DNA from: a virus
DNA: 64,000 nt
Virus record (IMG/VR): IMGVR_UViG_3300027896_000033
Span: 3,351 to 67,350 of that record
Reading direction: 5' to 3' (one strand)
Numbering within the stretch: position 1 is the first letter of the stretch; every line of letters starts with the position of its first letter. Below, one piece after another: positions 46,627 to 56,638 of the stretch. Below the pieces are notes generated by a model that worked only from the letters and a program-made list of their open reading frames with translations, had not been told where the DNA came from and did not search any database. A program made the position numbers and the translations under genes.

Positions 46627-48310
46627 TCGAATTTATTGGGTTATATGCTAGTACCTTATTATTTCTTTGTAATATAATATTATTTGATTTAAGTATACCT
46701 GCGACCGCATATTTTTCAGACGTAGTATTATCTGGTAGTATATCTAATACCATAGCTGGATGCATTCTAATAAACAATTGTTGATCAGCAGTTACAGTGT
46801 TAGGAGCTACTATACCTACTCTAACATCATTAGTTCTCATATACTTATGAGATGCATAAAAATTTTGTAGTAAATCAACATGTCTATCTGTTATTTCTTT
46901 AGCCACTTTCATTGCTAATACTGATGTGAATGCATCGTCTTTAAACATGTGCATTTCATTATAAGGAACATAATGAGATTTTAAAGATCTTGAAGCGATT
47001 AATTGTGTTACTAAATAACTAAAAGGATCATTAGTGCCTTGTTCCAGAGTACTATACATAATCCTTTCAGGAGAAAAAAAGTAAGGTGCGATAGTATTAA
47101 CTAATCTATATGAAGAATCAGAATTTAAATGATTAGTGTATGCTGCAATTAGAGATGTACTCCAATTTGTATTATTTTTTAAATATGCATTATGTGCCAT
47201 TTCTATAATATGGTGTTTATTATTTGTTATATCATTATTATTTAATGAAACAATGTATAATAGCTTTTCTTTCGGGCTTAGGACTGTGCCATTAATAACA
47301 TTTTCGATATTATTAGAATTTGATAGTATATGTGCAATTGTAGGGTCTGATACACTTGAATGTAGTGCAAAAAACCTTTTCTTATCAATATTCCTAAGCA
47401 TCAAGTTTGAATATAACACAGAGTTACGGTGTATATTGGTATTAACCCCACTATAATATTGAATTAGATCGTGTGATAATGCATCACTCCAGTATTCAGG
47501 ATCATGTTTATATATATTGGGTTGTAAAATTAAATTTTTTGCAAGGTCAGCACGATCTTCAGCTTTACCAGTTAAGGCCTTATGTAAATTAACAATTTTT
47601 GAAGGGGAAGGGTTTACAAAATTAAGAAACGATGACATTTCGTTCCCTACCTTAGTATGTTCAAAAATATCGACAGTTGTTTTTGATTTAGTAAGAATTT
47701 TTCCATAATCAGGGGGTTCAATATCTGCATCAGCTGCTATTAAAGCTTTTTTATTGTGTATCATGGGGAGTACAACAGGTTTTAATAATTCATCTTCCTC
47801 TTGTATTGGTTTTAATGATACCTTTTCAGTTACTGCAATTGAAGTGTTCTTGATTTCTTTATTTTTTTTCTGTTCAGATTCTTTATGTTGAATAACTGTT
47901 TGTTTTCTAATTGAAGAGATAGCTGAATGCTTTTTTATAACTGGTTCAAATACTGAATCTTGAGAAAGTATATGCGCATATACACTCTGCATTAACTTTT
48001 GTTTTGATTTATTATGATGAGGCTCTGTTTTAATATGCCTATCTACAAGTAACTTCCATACAATTGAATCTTTTGAAAATAGATCCCTGAGATGTGTAAT
48101 ATCATTATGCTGTATTGATTTTGACAGTTTAGAATACAGTTTAATGAAAGGAATGTGTATTTTATCTGGAACAGTTGTAGCTTTCTTTAAAGCTTCTTCT
48201 AGCTGCTCAGGTCTAACATGGTACGTTCTAAATATTAAACCTTTCGCAGGATCACTAACACCTTTAATAACAGGAACTAAATGTGTTTTTGGTGTTGTTT
48301 TTGAGTGCAT
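46610..48310 (-). CDS. Hypothetical late protein with N-terminal LVP...TYHVRPE tag
   Basis: 566 aa; N-terminus THLVPVIKGVSDPAKGLIFRTYHVRPE. Confidence 0.7.
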   Translation of the reverse strand: MHSKTTPKTHLVPVIKGVSDPAKGLIFRTYHVRPEQLEEALKKATTVPDKIHIPFIKLYSKLSKSIQHNDITHLRDLFSKDSIVWKLLVDRHIKTEPHHNKSKQKLMQSVYAHILSQDSVFEPVIKKHSAISSIRKQTVIQHKESEQKKNKEIKNTSIAVTEKVSLKPIQEEDELLKPVVLPMIHNKKALIAADADIEPPDYGKILTKSKTTVDIFEHTKVGNEMSSFLNFVNPSPSKIVNLHKALTGKAEDRADLAKNLILQPNIYKHDPEYWSDALSHDLIQYYSGVNTNIHRNSVLYSNLMLRNIDKKRFFALHSSVSDPTIAHILSNSNNIENVINGTVLSPKEKLLYIVSLNNNDITNNKHHIIEMAHNAYLKNNTNWSTSLIAAYTNHLNSDSSYRLVNTIAPYFFSPERIMYSTLEQGTNDPFSYLVTQLIASRSLKSHYVPYNEMHMFKDDAFTSVLAMKVAKEITDRHVDLLQNFYASHKYMRTNDVRVGIVAPNTVTADQQLFIRMHPAMVLDILPDNTTSEKYAVAGILKSNNIILQRNNKVLAYNPINSITFDS

Positions 48311-48329
48311 TATAAAAACCTATATCAAA

Positions 48330-48710
48330 TTACATATTACAAAAAAACTGTTTAGCTGCGGCAGGATCAATACCATGTTTACCAAAATCTTCAAAATCTT
48401 TGATATTTGAAAAATCAGTAGGTAATTTAGTACTATCTTTTGAAGAAGGTTCATTTTTATTTTTTAAATTTTCTTCTTCCGGGTTATTTTTTACAGGCTC
48501 GGCAGGTGCTGTTTCTTTATTATTAGTATTCGGTTCTGGTTCACCTAATCCTGGTTTTCTAACGTTATTGGGCTCTTCTTTTTTAAGAGGCTTTACAGGA
48601 GTCGGTTTTTCAGGACTAACATAGTATGTCTCATCATTAATACTACCAGTTTTTTTATTAGTAATCAGTTTTTTTGTAGGGACTAACCGACCTAAATTTT
48701 TTTCTGCCAT
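48330..48710 (-). CDS. Disordered K/P/E/N-rich late protein with N-terminal LVP...TYYVSPE tag
   Basis: GRLVPTKKLITNKKTGSINDETYYVSPE followed by a low-complexity region. Confidence 0.7.
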   Translation of the reverse strand: MAEKNLGRLVPTKKLITNKKTGSINDETYYVSPEKPTPVKPLKKEEPNNVRKPGLGEPEPNTNNKETAPAEPVKNNPEEENLKNKNEPSSKDSTKLPTDFSNIKDFEDFGKHGIDPAAAKQFFCNM

Positions 48711-48757
48711 TATAAATAAACCTTATATGAGTGTAATAAAAAGAATGACTTTACTGT

Positions 48758-48791
48758 ATGTTTTATTGTATTCATACAAACAATAAAACAT
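48758..48791. promoter_or_regulatory. Divergent TAAAACAT boxes (48758-48765 minus; 48784-48791 plus)
   Basis: Exact motifs facing 48710 and the portal gene at 48835. Confidence 0.8.
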
Positions 48792-48834
48792 CATTTATAT
48801 AGTTCGCTATTCATAACAACAAAAGGATAAGCAT

Positions 48835-50661
48835 ATGTTTGATTTTTTAAAGAGAAAAAAGACTAACGATGAAGTTGGAGTAGGTTTTGATTCCGACAAA
48901 TTTGTTCAGTCGTTAATGAAGACAGGCCTTAACGAGAATGTCGCAACAACACTTGCTGAAGAAGTAAATGACTCGATAAAAAACCAAGTAGTTGAAAAAA
49001 CTACTCAAACATATGACGCTTTCATGAATGCTGTATCGACTAATATTGAAGGTTTATCAATATTACCTACAGAAAGAATTCAAGCATGTCGAGAATTAAA
49101 AAGTTTCCTATCTGAGAATCCTGAAGTTAATAACTCAATTGGGTTATATGCCTCATATATTGCATACGGTGCAGCTGAAACAACATTAGAAGAATACAAA
49201 GTTACAATTTTAGGTAGTGATGCCAAATCTATTAAAGCAGCTACACAATTTATTAAAAAATGGGAAAAGAAATCAAAAATTAAACGTACTATTTTTAGAT
49301 TAGCTAAAGATTTAATTCCTTTTGGCGATGCTTTTTTAGAGAAACTATATGTAAAAATGCCTGATGGTAAAAAGAACTTTTCAGGTGTCGCATATATTCC
49401 TACTCATACAATGTACCCTAAATTAAATAATAAAGGGTATTCTACTAAATATTATCAAATAATCGATTCAAAAGATGACAAATTTGCTGACGCAGACGCT
49501 TTAGGTATTGCATCGCTAGTTAAAGAAGGCATCGTTGTAGAATTTGAACCAAAAGAAATTATACATTTTAATGATGGATCAGCTGTCGGAGTAACTGATA
49601 CACCTTATTTTAACTTAATTATTTTATGGCGTTACTTAAAAATGTTGGAAGAGTCTCTAGTCATTCACAAAATGACTCGTGCTCGACGTTTTATTATTTT
49701 TATGCTTGATGTCACTGGTAAAACTAAAGGTGAAGTACGTTCAGCTATTACTAATTTTACGCAAAGTGTAAAATCAGTTTTTAAAATGAATGTTAAACAA
49801 GGTAGTATAACCAGTAATAAATCAACTGTCCCATCATCTTCAGATTTAGTTATACCAGTCACTAAAGATTCAGCAACAAAAATACAAAATATACCATCTG
49901 ATCCTTCAGCTACCAATGTTGATGATTTAAGTTTTTACTTAAATAGAATTACAACTAACATGTTTACATCACATGTTTTTTCACATGCAAAATCAACAGG
50001 TAATGAAAAATATATTGAAAAATCATTCATGCGATTAGTTAAAATATACCAACGTCAAATGGAATATGAGTTGGAAGATGTGTATAATGAATTACTTATA
50101 AGTAATAATTTTATTAATTTAGACGTTAAAATTCAATTCCCTTCTCCTGATGCTGATCAAGAGGTGCGTATAGTAGATAGTATTGTACGACGTATGATGA
50201 TAGTAAATCAACTGACCGCAACAATTGGTGTTACACCTCCTATTCAATGGATAGTTGATTACGTATTTAAAGACTTAGCACAATATGAGATTGAAGAATT
50301 AATTGCAATGCTTAATCAAGCTATTGACGAACAAACAAAAAATCAACAGAGTGATGAATATCCTGATGTGTTTAATGAAAATCAAGGTACTTCTAACAAT
50401 AGTACGAATTCTGCAAATGCCAACAACACTTCTTCTAATTCAAATAATGATGCATCTTTGAGAGACCAAAGTAGTGTGCAGCAAAATGGTCAGAAAAAAA
50501 CAACAGAATCACAATCAGATATGTATGGTATGTTTGATGTGCTTGCGAATGAGCACATACAAAGAGTAACTGAACAGACAGTAGCTAACCCAGAACGTAT
50601 GGCAGCATCGATCAAATTAGCTCTAGATTATCTAAAAATGAATAATTTTAAAAATGAATAA
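48835..50661 (+). CDS. Portal protein, T4 gp20-like
   Basis: PEVNNSIGLYA, KDLIPFGDAF, FEPKEIIHF, WRYLKMLEESLVIHKMTRARRFIIFMLDVTG (cf. gp20 L..LEDA.VIYR..RAP.RR.FYIDVG). Confidence 0.85.
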   Translation: MFDFLKRKKTNDEVGVGFDSDKFVQSLMKTGLNENVATTLAEEVNDSIKNQVVEKTTQTYDAFMNAVSTNIEGLSILPTERIQACRELKSFLSENPEVNNSIGLYASYIAYGAAETTLEEYKVTILGSDAKSIKAATQFIKKWEKKSKIKRTIFRLAKDLIPFGDAFLEKLYVKMPDGKKNFSGVAYIPTHTMYPKLNNKGYSTKYYQIIDSKDDKFADADALGIASLVKEGIVVEFEPKEIIHFNDGSAVGVTDTPYFNLIILWRYLKMLEESLVIHKMTRARRFIIFMLDVTGKTKGEVRSAITNFTQSVKSVFKMNVKQGSITSNKSTVPSSSDLVIPVTKDSATKIQNIPSDPSATNVDDLSFYLNRITTNMFTSHVFSHAKSTGNEKYIEKSFMRLVKIYQRQMEYELEDVYNELLISNNFINLDVKIQFPSPDADQEVRIVDSIVRRMMIVNQLTATIGVTPPIQWIVDYVFKDLAQYEIEELIAMLNQAIDEQTKNQQSDEYPDVFNENQGTSNNSTNSANANNTSSNSNNDASLRDQSSVQQNGQKKTTESQSDMYGMFDVLANEHIQRVTEQTVANPERMAASIKLALDYLKMNNFKNE

Positions 50662-51412
50662 TCAATTAGCTACTATTTTTACAGGCACTTATCGAATTAT
50701 CTCTCCGTTGCATCATTACAATAACGATGCAACCGAAGATGTTGTTATTATAATTACTGCTCCGTATGATGGTATAAATTACATAGCTATAAATAATATA
50801 AACAATACAGTAATCTCTAGAGTATCATTACCCTGCATGGATAAATTAAAGGATACAATATTAGAGAATGATTCCTCAATTACACGAAATGACTTGAGTA
50901 TTACATCTGTTTTTGGGATATATAATAGTTCGATATCTGTAAATATTAAAATCGCGACTGTATTTTTTGTATTAGTAAATATGCATACATTGGAAAACTA
51001 TTTAGTACAAGTTGATGTAACTAATCATGATCCTAATAACTTAATAATCACCCCTATTACAAAATTTTTTAATTCAAATAATGTATATTTTGACACTACA
51101 GTGACTACAAATGTAACTGTAAATGATTATACAAATGTTTCTGAAATTGATGCTTACATAACTTTTGTTGATGCTGGGCCAACTAATACATTGAGTTCAG
51201 CAAGTATTGAAGGGATTCGTATTTTAGTAAGCGATGCTGAGAAACAGCTCTTTGCAGTTGGTAATAATATAGTTTTACCTGATACTATTTACCCTCTTGT
51301 TGATATATGGTCCAATCAACATCGTCAGTTTTTTCAATTAACAGAAGACACAGAAAAAATTAAATTAAATTTTTCAACAGGTTTAGGTTTTATTGGTTTT
51401 AAAAATCAATAA
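50654..51412 (+). CDS. Hypothetical (structural operon) protein
   Basis: 252 aa, overlaps the portal stop. Confidence 0.65.
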   Translation: MNNQLATIFTGTYRIISPLHHYNNDATEDVVIIITAPYDGINYIAINNINNTVISRVSLPCMDKLKDTILENDSSITRNDLSITSVFGIYNSSISVNIKIATVFFVLVNMHTLENYLVQVDVTNHDPNNLIITPITKFFNSNNVYFDTTVTTNVTVNDYTNVSEIDAYITFVDAGPTNTLSSASIEGIRILVSDAEKQLFAVGNNIVLPDTIYPLVDIWSNQHRQFFQLTEDTEKIKLNFSTGLGFIGFKNQ

Positions 51413-51424
51413 AAAGGCAATTTT

Positions 51425-51598
51425 ATGGCAATAGATCTTGATTTTTTTGAGAATGAAAAGAACATAGGAACAGAGAAAAGGATTTTTATAAATCCATATA
51501 AAGAATTACTCGAAATACATGAAAAACTGGAAGCTATTGCTACTATTATTCCTGAAAACTTTCTTTTAGAACATTCGTTTCAATCAAAGGATAAATAA
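51425..51598 (+). CDS. Small 57-aa hypothetical protein (not in ORF track)
   Basis: MAIDLDFFENEKNIGTEKRIFINPYKELL...; AAGG RBS. Confidence 0.55.
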   Translation: MAIDLDFFENEKNIGTEKRIFINPYKELLEIHEKLEAIATIIPENFLLEHSFQSKDK

Positions 51599-51609
51599 GC
51601 ACTTTTCTC

Positions 51610-51638
51610 TTTACATTCCTTTTATTTCTGTGTATATT
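51610..51638 (+). promoter_or_regulatory. Sigma70-type promoter for the helicase operon
   Basis: TTTACA-N17-TATATT. Confidence 0.6.
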
Positions 51639-51692
51639 ATGTTTCAGTTGAAATGTAGTACTATGCAAAAATTCTAGGAGTGTACATACCTT

Positions 51693-54236
51693 ATGAAAAT
51701 TAGTATTCAAGAGTTTTTAAAAGAACAAAAAATAGATTTTTATATGGGTAGAGTTGCTGAAAAAAGCCCTTATCATTTATTCACATTAGTTACCTTAAAC
51801 CCCTCAATTAAATTGATGCTAGTCACTCATTCAATTGATATGAGTGCAGTAGTCATTTATTGGCATTCAAATCTTAATTATGCAATTCAAAGTACTTCTT
51901 TTACTCATTATAATGAAGCATTACCATTACTTAAAGCGATGGTTTGTACTACTACTGTTAATGAGTTAATACACGAGCCTCCTGAAAACTTGTATTTGAA
52001 TCTCATTTTAACACATTCAATATTAAAAGAAATGTCTTTTGCACAATCAATGGCAAAACAATTTCTGGAAAGAGGTAAATTATCGGATAAACAATTATTA
52101 TATATTGTGGGACCTACTCCTAATGGGCGACCTCCAATTCAATCAAACGTATTAAATGCTATAAATATATTCACAGCATATGCTGAAAAAGTTATAAAAG
52201 AAAAGGGTAAACAGGTATCAACTATAGTAACACGTAATTTCAATCTAAAAGCAACAAAAGGGGATGATGTTACATTAGTCCCAACAACTGAATATAAATC
52301 ACATCAATACACTTTTCCTAATTTTAATCCAGTGCAATCATTAGTATTCCCACATATTAATTCAGACAATAATTTAGTTATTGGAGCTAACACAAGTTCA
52401 GGTAAAACTATTTGCGCTGAAATGTTGATGGATGGAATATTAGCTAACAAAAAGAAAATTGTGTACCTTTCACCACTTAAATCATTAACACAAGAAAAAT
52501 ACAGTGATTGGCAGAAAAGGTTCCCTGACAAAACAATTGAAATTATGACAGGGGATTACAATTTATCCGAATCTCAGGCAAACAAATTAAAAACAGTTGA
52601 TATTATTTGTATGACATCTGAGATGTTAGATAGTAGAACTCGAAAATTCGAATCAGAGAAAAATACATGGTTATACAATGTAGGGTTACTAATTGTAGAC
52701 GAATCTCACATAACAGGAGTTGAAGGGCGTGGTCCTTCTTGCGAAGTAGGAATTATGCGTTTTACTCAAATCAATCCTGATGCCAGAGTATTATTGCTAT
52801 CTGCTACTATGCCTAATGTTGAAGAATTTGGTGAATGGCTTAGTATATTAAACGGTAAGAAGACTGATATAGTTCTTTGTGACTGGCGCCCAGTAGTATT
52901 GAAAATGCATTATATTGAATATACTACGCAAGGTGATTATTATGACAATCGTAATGCTAAAATGGCCGAAGCTGTAGATCTAGTATTGCAAAAACCTGAA
53001 GAAAAGTTTCTTATATTTGTACACGATAAAACTACAGGTAGAGAGATTATTAAACTCCTTAAAGCAAAGAATGTAACAGCAATGTTTCATAATGCAGATC
53101 TCAATATTACTGATAGACTTAAAATAGAAGAACAATTCAAAATTAAAAAAGGTGGGCTACAAACACTTGTAGCAACTTCAACACTTGCCTGGGGTGTAAA
53201 TTTACCAGCTAGAAATGTCATTATAGTTGGTGTACATAGAGGCATGAATGAAGTTGATGAACTTGACATAGTGCAAATGTTGGGCCGGGCCGGGAGGTAT
53301 GGAATTGACACCGAAGGTTTTGTATATATGGTGTTACCTGAAAGAACCATTGAAAAATGGAAATCTCGTATTAGAAATCCTAGAGCAGTAACATCTTGTC
53401 TTAAAAAATTAGATGTTCTTGCTTTTCATGTACTTAGTGAGATCAATACTAAAAACATAATAAATGAAGCAAATGTTAAATCATGGTATTCAAGATCATT
53501 GGCTTCGGTACAGCAAATAGATATGCATGAGGACGAATCAGCACATGTTATTCAGGATTTGATTAACATGAAAATGGTTAAACGACAAAAAATGGGTAAT
53601 ATGCTAAACATTACCAACATGGGTATAGTTAGTGCATTAATGTATTACAATCCTTATGATATATATGATTGGTATAGGAATTTTGAACAAATAAATTCAA
53701 AGGGTAGTATATCTGATGTAGCAATGGCTTGGGCTATAGCTGATATCCCTTCAAATAGATTAACATACGTTCCAAAGAATATGATTGAAAAAGTTGCTGA
53801 ATATAAAAAACTACTTATAGCTAATGGAATTGATATGTCGTATACTGATCTTACTTCAATTAATTCAATATATGCAGCTTATCATTGTTTACAAGGAAGC
53901 GATCCTATAGACGGAATGATTAAATCAACAATGCGTTCATTTCAATATGATGCCCCTAGAATGATATCATCACTAGAGATGATTGATGCTAACTACAGTA
54001 GATGGGGTATGGATTGGAATGAAATTGGAACACGAGCTATTTATGGTGTCCGTAAAGAGATGCTTAATTTAGTTAAAATTGAAGGGGTAGGAAGAGCACG
54101 AGCTGAAAAGTTGTATAGTCTAGGTTTTACAGATGCTGCATCACTCGCAAAAACAGATGCTTCAAAACTTCAGCCAGCATTTACACTTAAATTAGCAAAA
54201 GAAATCATTAAGAATGCACAAGAAATCAACAAGTAA
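51693..54236 (+). CDS. Ski2-like (Hel308/Hjm-like) SF2 helicase with C-terminal HhH
   Basis: FNPVQ, ANTSSGKT, SPLKSL, DESH, LSATMPN, ATSTLAWGVNLPA, QMLGRAGR, IEGVGRARAEKL. Confidence 0.9.
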   Translation: MKISIQEFLKEQKIDFYMGRVAEKSPYHLFTLVTLNPSIKLMLVTHSIDMSAVVIYWHSNLNYAIQSTSFTHYNEALPLLKAMVCTTTVNELIHEPPENLYLNLILTHSILKEMSFAQSMAKQFLERGKLSDKQLLYIVGPTPNGRPPIQSNVLNAINIFTAYAEKVIKEKGKQVSTIVTRNFNLKATKGDDVTLVPTTEYKSHQYTFPNFNPVQSLVFPHINSDNNLVIGANTSSGKTICAEMLMDGILANKKKIVYLSPLKSLTQEKYSDWQKRFPDKTIEIMTGDYNLSESQANKLKTVDIICMTSEMLDSRTRKFESEKNTWLYNVGLLIVDESHITGVEGRGPSCEVGIMRFTQINPDARVLLLSATMPNVEEFGEWLSILNGKKTDIVLCDWRPVVLKMHYIEYTTQGDYYDNRNAKMAEAVDLVLQKPEEKFLIFVHDKTTGREIIKLLKAKNVTAMFHNADLNITDRLKIEEQFKIKKGGLQTLVATSTLAWGVNLPARNVIIVGVHRGMNEVDELDIVQMLGRAGRYGIDTEGFVYMVLPERTIEKWKSRIRNPRAVTSCLKKLDVLAFHVLSEINTKNIINEANVKSWYSRSLASVQQIDMHEDESAHVIQDLINMKMVKRQKMGNMLNITNMGIVSALMYYNPYDIYDWYRNFEQINSKGSISDVAMAWAIADIPSNRLTYVPKNMIEKVAEYKKLLIANGIDMSYTDLTSINSIYAAYHCLQGSDPIDGMIKSTMRSFQYDAPRMISSLEMIDANYSRWGMDWNEIGTRAIYGVRKEMLNLVKIEGVGRARAEKLYSLGFTDAASLAKTDASKLQPAFTLKLAKEIIKNAQEINK

Positions 54237-54247
54237 AAGGTGAATTA

Positions 54248-54559
54248 ATGTTATTAAACGGTAGAGATTTAATTAAACAAGCAGCAGAAGATATCAATGC
54301 AACTAAGGTACTTCCTTTTAAAATAGAAGTTACTGATATTGAAAATGCACAGGGAGACGATCTTAAAAATATTATTAATTATTTTCTTGATAGCATTGAG
54401 ACTATTTCTGAAACTAAAGAACATTTAATCCCTCAAAATGTTATTAGTTTATATAACAACATAGTTGATAAATCTGTAAATTTCGATGTTATAGAGAATG
54501 GCGTCGATGTATTTGATATAGATAGCATTGTGTTTAGAAGAACTAAATTTAATGAGTAG
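54248..54559 (+). CDS. Hypothetical protein
   Basis: 103 aa, AAGGT RBS. Confidence 0.65.
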   Translation: MLLNGRDLIKQAAEDINATKVLPFKIEVTDIENAQGDDLKNIINYFLDSIETISETKEHLIPQNVISLYNNIVDKSVNFDVIENGVDVFDIDSIVFRRTKFNE

Positions 54560-56636
54560 TATCGAAATACACAAACTCTCTCGACGCATTGCTGTACATG
54601 ATAGGTATGCATTAGGTGCAGCAATGCAGGCATTAAAACTTAATCTATTTAAGGGTAATGATGCGATATGTGAGAAGATAGCACGACAATATTTAAGTAA
54701 TCCTAATATGAAGATAAACAATCTTCAGTTGGATACATTAAAGAAAAGAATGGTGCCCTATAGTTTAGTTCTTTTTGAAAATGGAGGGATTCCTGAGAAT
54801 ATACTAGAACATGCAGCTAATTGTACATACACAATTACACAAAATAAAGGCACAAATAAAAATGTAATTGAAAGGAAGTATGCTTCTATAAAAATAAGTA
54901 AATACCCTTCTATTTATCTAGCTTTTAAATTTGATCCAGGTGTTATTGAACAAATAAGAAAATTAGATACTCCTAAATTTGATACTCTAACCAAATCATG
55001 GAAAATTAGAGCAACCATTCGTAACTGTGAAGAACTATTAAAAATTGAATTCACTTTTAGTCCTGAGTTAGAGGAATGGTATCATACACATTCATATAAA
55101 TTCTACCCAACTCCTCAAAAACACATAAAAATAAAAGGTCTCCAGAAAGAATTACGACCTTTTCAAGAAGAAGGTATTGCGTATGTCGTAAGTAGGCATA
55201 ATAGAGCTCTTATTGGGGACGATATGGGGCTAGGAAAAACTGTACAAGGTATAGGATGGATGCAATATTTAATAAAAGCGCGTCCAGCACTTATAGTTTG
55301 CCCAGCATCACTAAAATATAACTGGGCAAAGGAAATTCTTTTATGGGTTGAGAACCCTTCTATTTATGTATTAAATGGTTCTCCCACATCAAAAACACCA
55401 GATCAAATATTTACTAAACAACATCTGTATCATCAAGGTGATAAAAAAAATAAATTTATTATTATAAATTATGATATTATCCCTAATGATTTTAAACGAA
55501 AAATTAGTTCCGAAGGTAAAAAAATAAAAACTGAAATTAAGTATTCAAAATGGGTGGATTACTTAAAAGAACTAGAAATACAATGTGTTGCCCTTGATGA
55601 GGTGCAATATATTAAAAATAAAGAAGCTGTTAGAACAATAGCAACTCTTGCATTGTGTAAAGAAATACCGAATATAGTTGCACTATCAGGTACACCAATT
55701 GAAAATAGACCGATTGAATTTTTTACATTATTAAATCTTCTAAATCCATATCAATTCTCAAATAAACTTGAATATGCAATGCGTTATTGTAATGCACAAC
55801 ATAATGGTTTCGGTTGGGATTTTAAAGGTTTTTCAAACTTAAAGGAACTCCATACTATTGTATCTCAATCTGTAATGATAAGAAGGCTTAAAGAAGAAGT
55901 ATTAACTGAACTGCCTCCAAAAATTCGTATTACAGTAGATATGGAAATTGACAACAGGAAAGAATACGATAAAGCAAAAGCTGATGTTACTGCATGGTTT
56001 AGGAGTAAAGGACTTAATTCAAAAGCTGATTCTTCAGAGAAAGCAAAAGCGTTAGTGAAAATTAACACCCTTCTTCAATTAAGTGCTAAGGGAAAACTTA
56101 GAAATTGTATTGAGTGGATTAACACGTATCTTGAAAGTGGTAAAAAACTAGTAGTATTTGCAACACATCAGGCAACTATTGATATGTTGCTTAAAGAATT
56201 TGGACATGTTATAAGAGACAAAGAAGGAATTGCTGTTGAAGTTGATGGACGTACTTCATTAAAAGTGCGACAACAACATGTAGAAATATTTCAAACTAAT
56301 GACAAATGTAGGCTTTTTTTAGGTAATTTACAAGCAGCAGGAGTAGGTTTAACATTGACAGCCGCTTCAGCTACATGTTCCATTGAACTTGGTTTAGTAC
56401 CAGGTCATCATTTACAAGCAGAAGACAGAGTGCATAGAATTGGGCAATTATCAGATTCAGTTTTTGCTTATTATTTAATAGCTAGAAGAACTATAGAAGA
56501 AGATATAGCACAACTTTTAAGCACAAAACACGATACCTTAAAATCAACACTAGATGGTATTGAAATTAGCAATAGTGATGTAGATATGCAACAGCATAGC
56601 ATGCTGTCTGATATTGCACAGAGGATAGTATTTTAA
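54552..56636 (+). CDS. SNF2-family ATPase, HARP/SMARCAL1-like
   Basis: LRPFQ, DDMGLGKT, CPASLKYNW, DEVQYIKN, LSGTPIENRP, QAEDRVHRIGQ; N-terminal HARP-like F.FDP..IEQIR..FD..TKSW. Confidence 0.9.
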   Translation: MSSIEIHKLSRRIAVHDRYALGAAMQALKLNLFKGNDAICEKIARQYLSNPNMKINNLQLDTLKKRMVPYSLVLFENGGIPENILEHAANCTYTITQNKGTNKNVIERKYASIKISKYPSIYLAFKFDPGVIEQIRKLDTPKFDTLTKSWKIRATIRNCEELLKIEFTFSPELEEWYHTHSYKFYPTPQKHIKIKGLQKELRPFQEEGIAYVVSRHNRALIGDDMGLGKTVQGIGWMQYLIKARPALIVCPASLKYNWAKEILLWVENPSIYVLNGSPTSKTPDQIFTKQHLYHQGDKKNKFIIINYDIIPNDFKRKISSEGKKIKTEIKYSKWVDYLKELEIQCVALDEVQYIKNKEAVRTIATLALCKEIPNIVALSGTPIENRPIEFFTLLNLLNPYQFSNKLEYAMRYCNAQHNGFGWDFKGFSNLKELHTIVSQSVMIRRLKEEVLTELPPKIRITVDMEIDNRKEYDKAKADVTAWFRSKGLNSKADSSEKAKALVKINTLLQLSAKGKLRNCIEWINTYLESGKKLVVFATHQATIDMLLKEFGHVIRDKEGIAVEVDGRTSLKVRQQHVEIFQTNDKCRLFLGNLQAAGVGLTLTAASATCSIELGLVPGHHLQAEDRVHRIGQLSDSVFAYYLIARRTIEEDIAQLLSTKHDTLKSTLDGIEISNSDVDMQQHSMLSDIAQRIVF

Positions 56637-56638
56637 AC

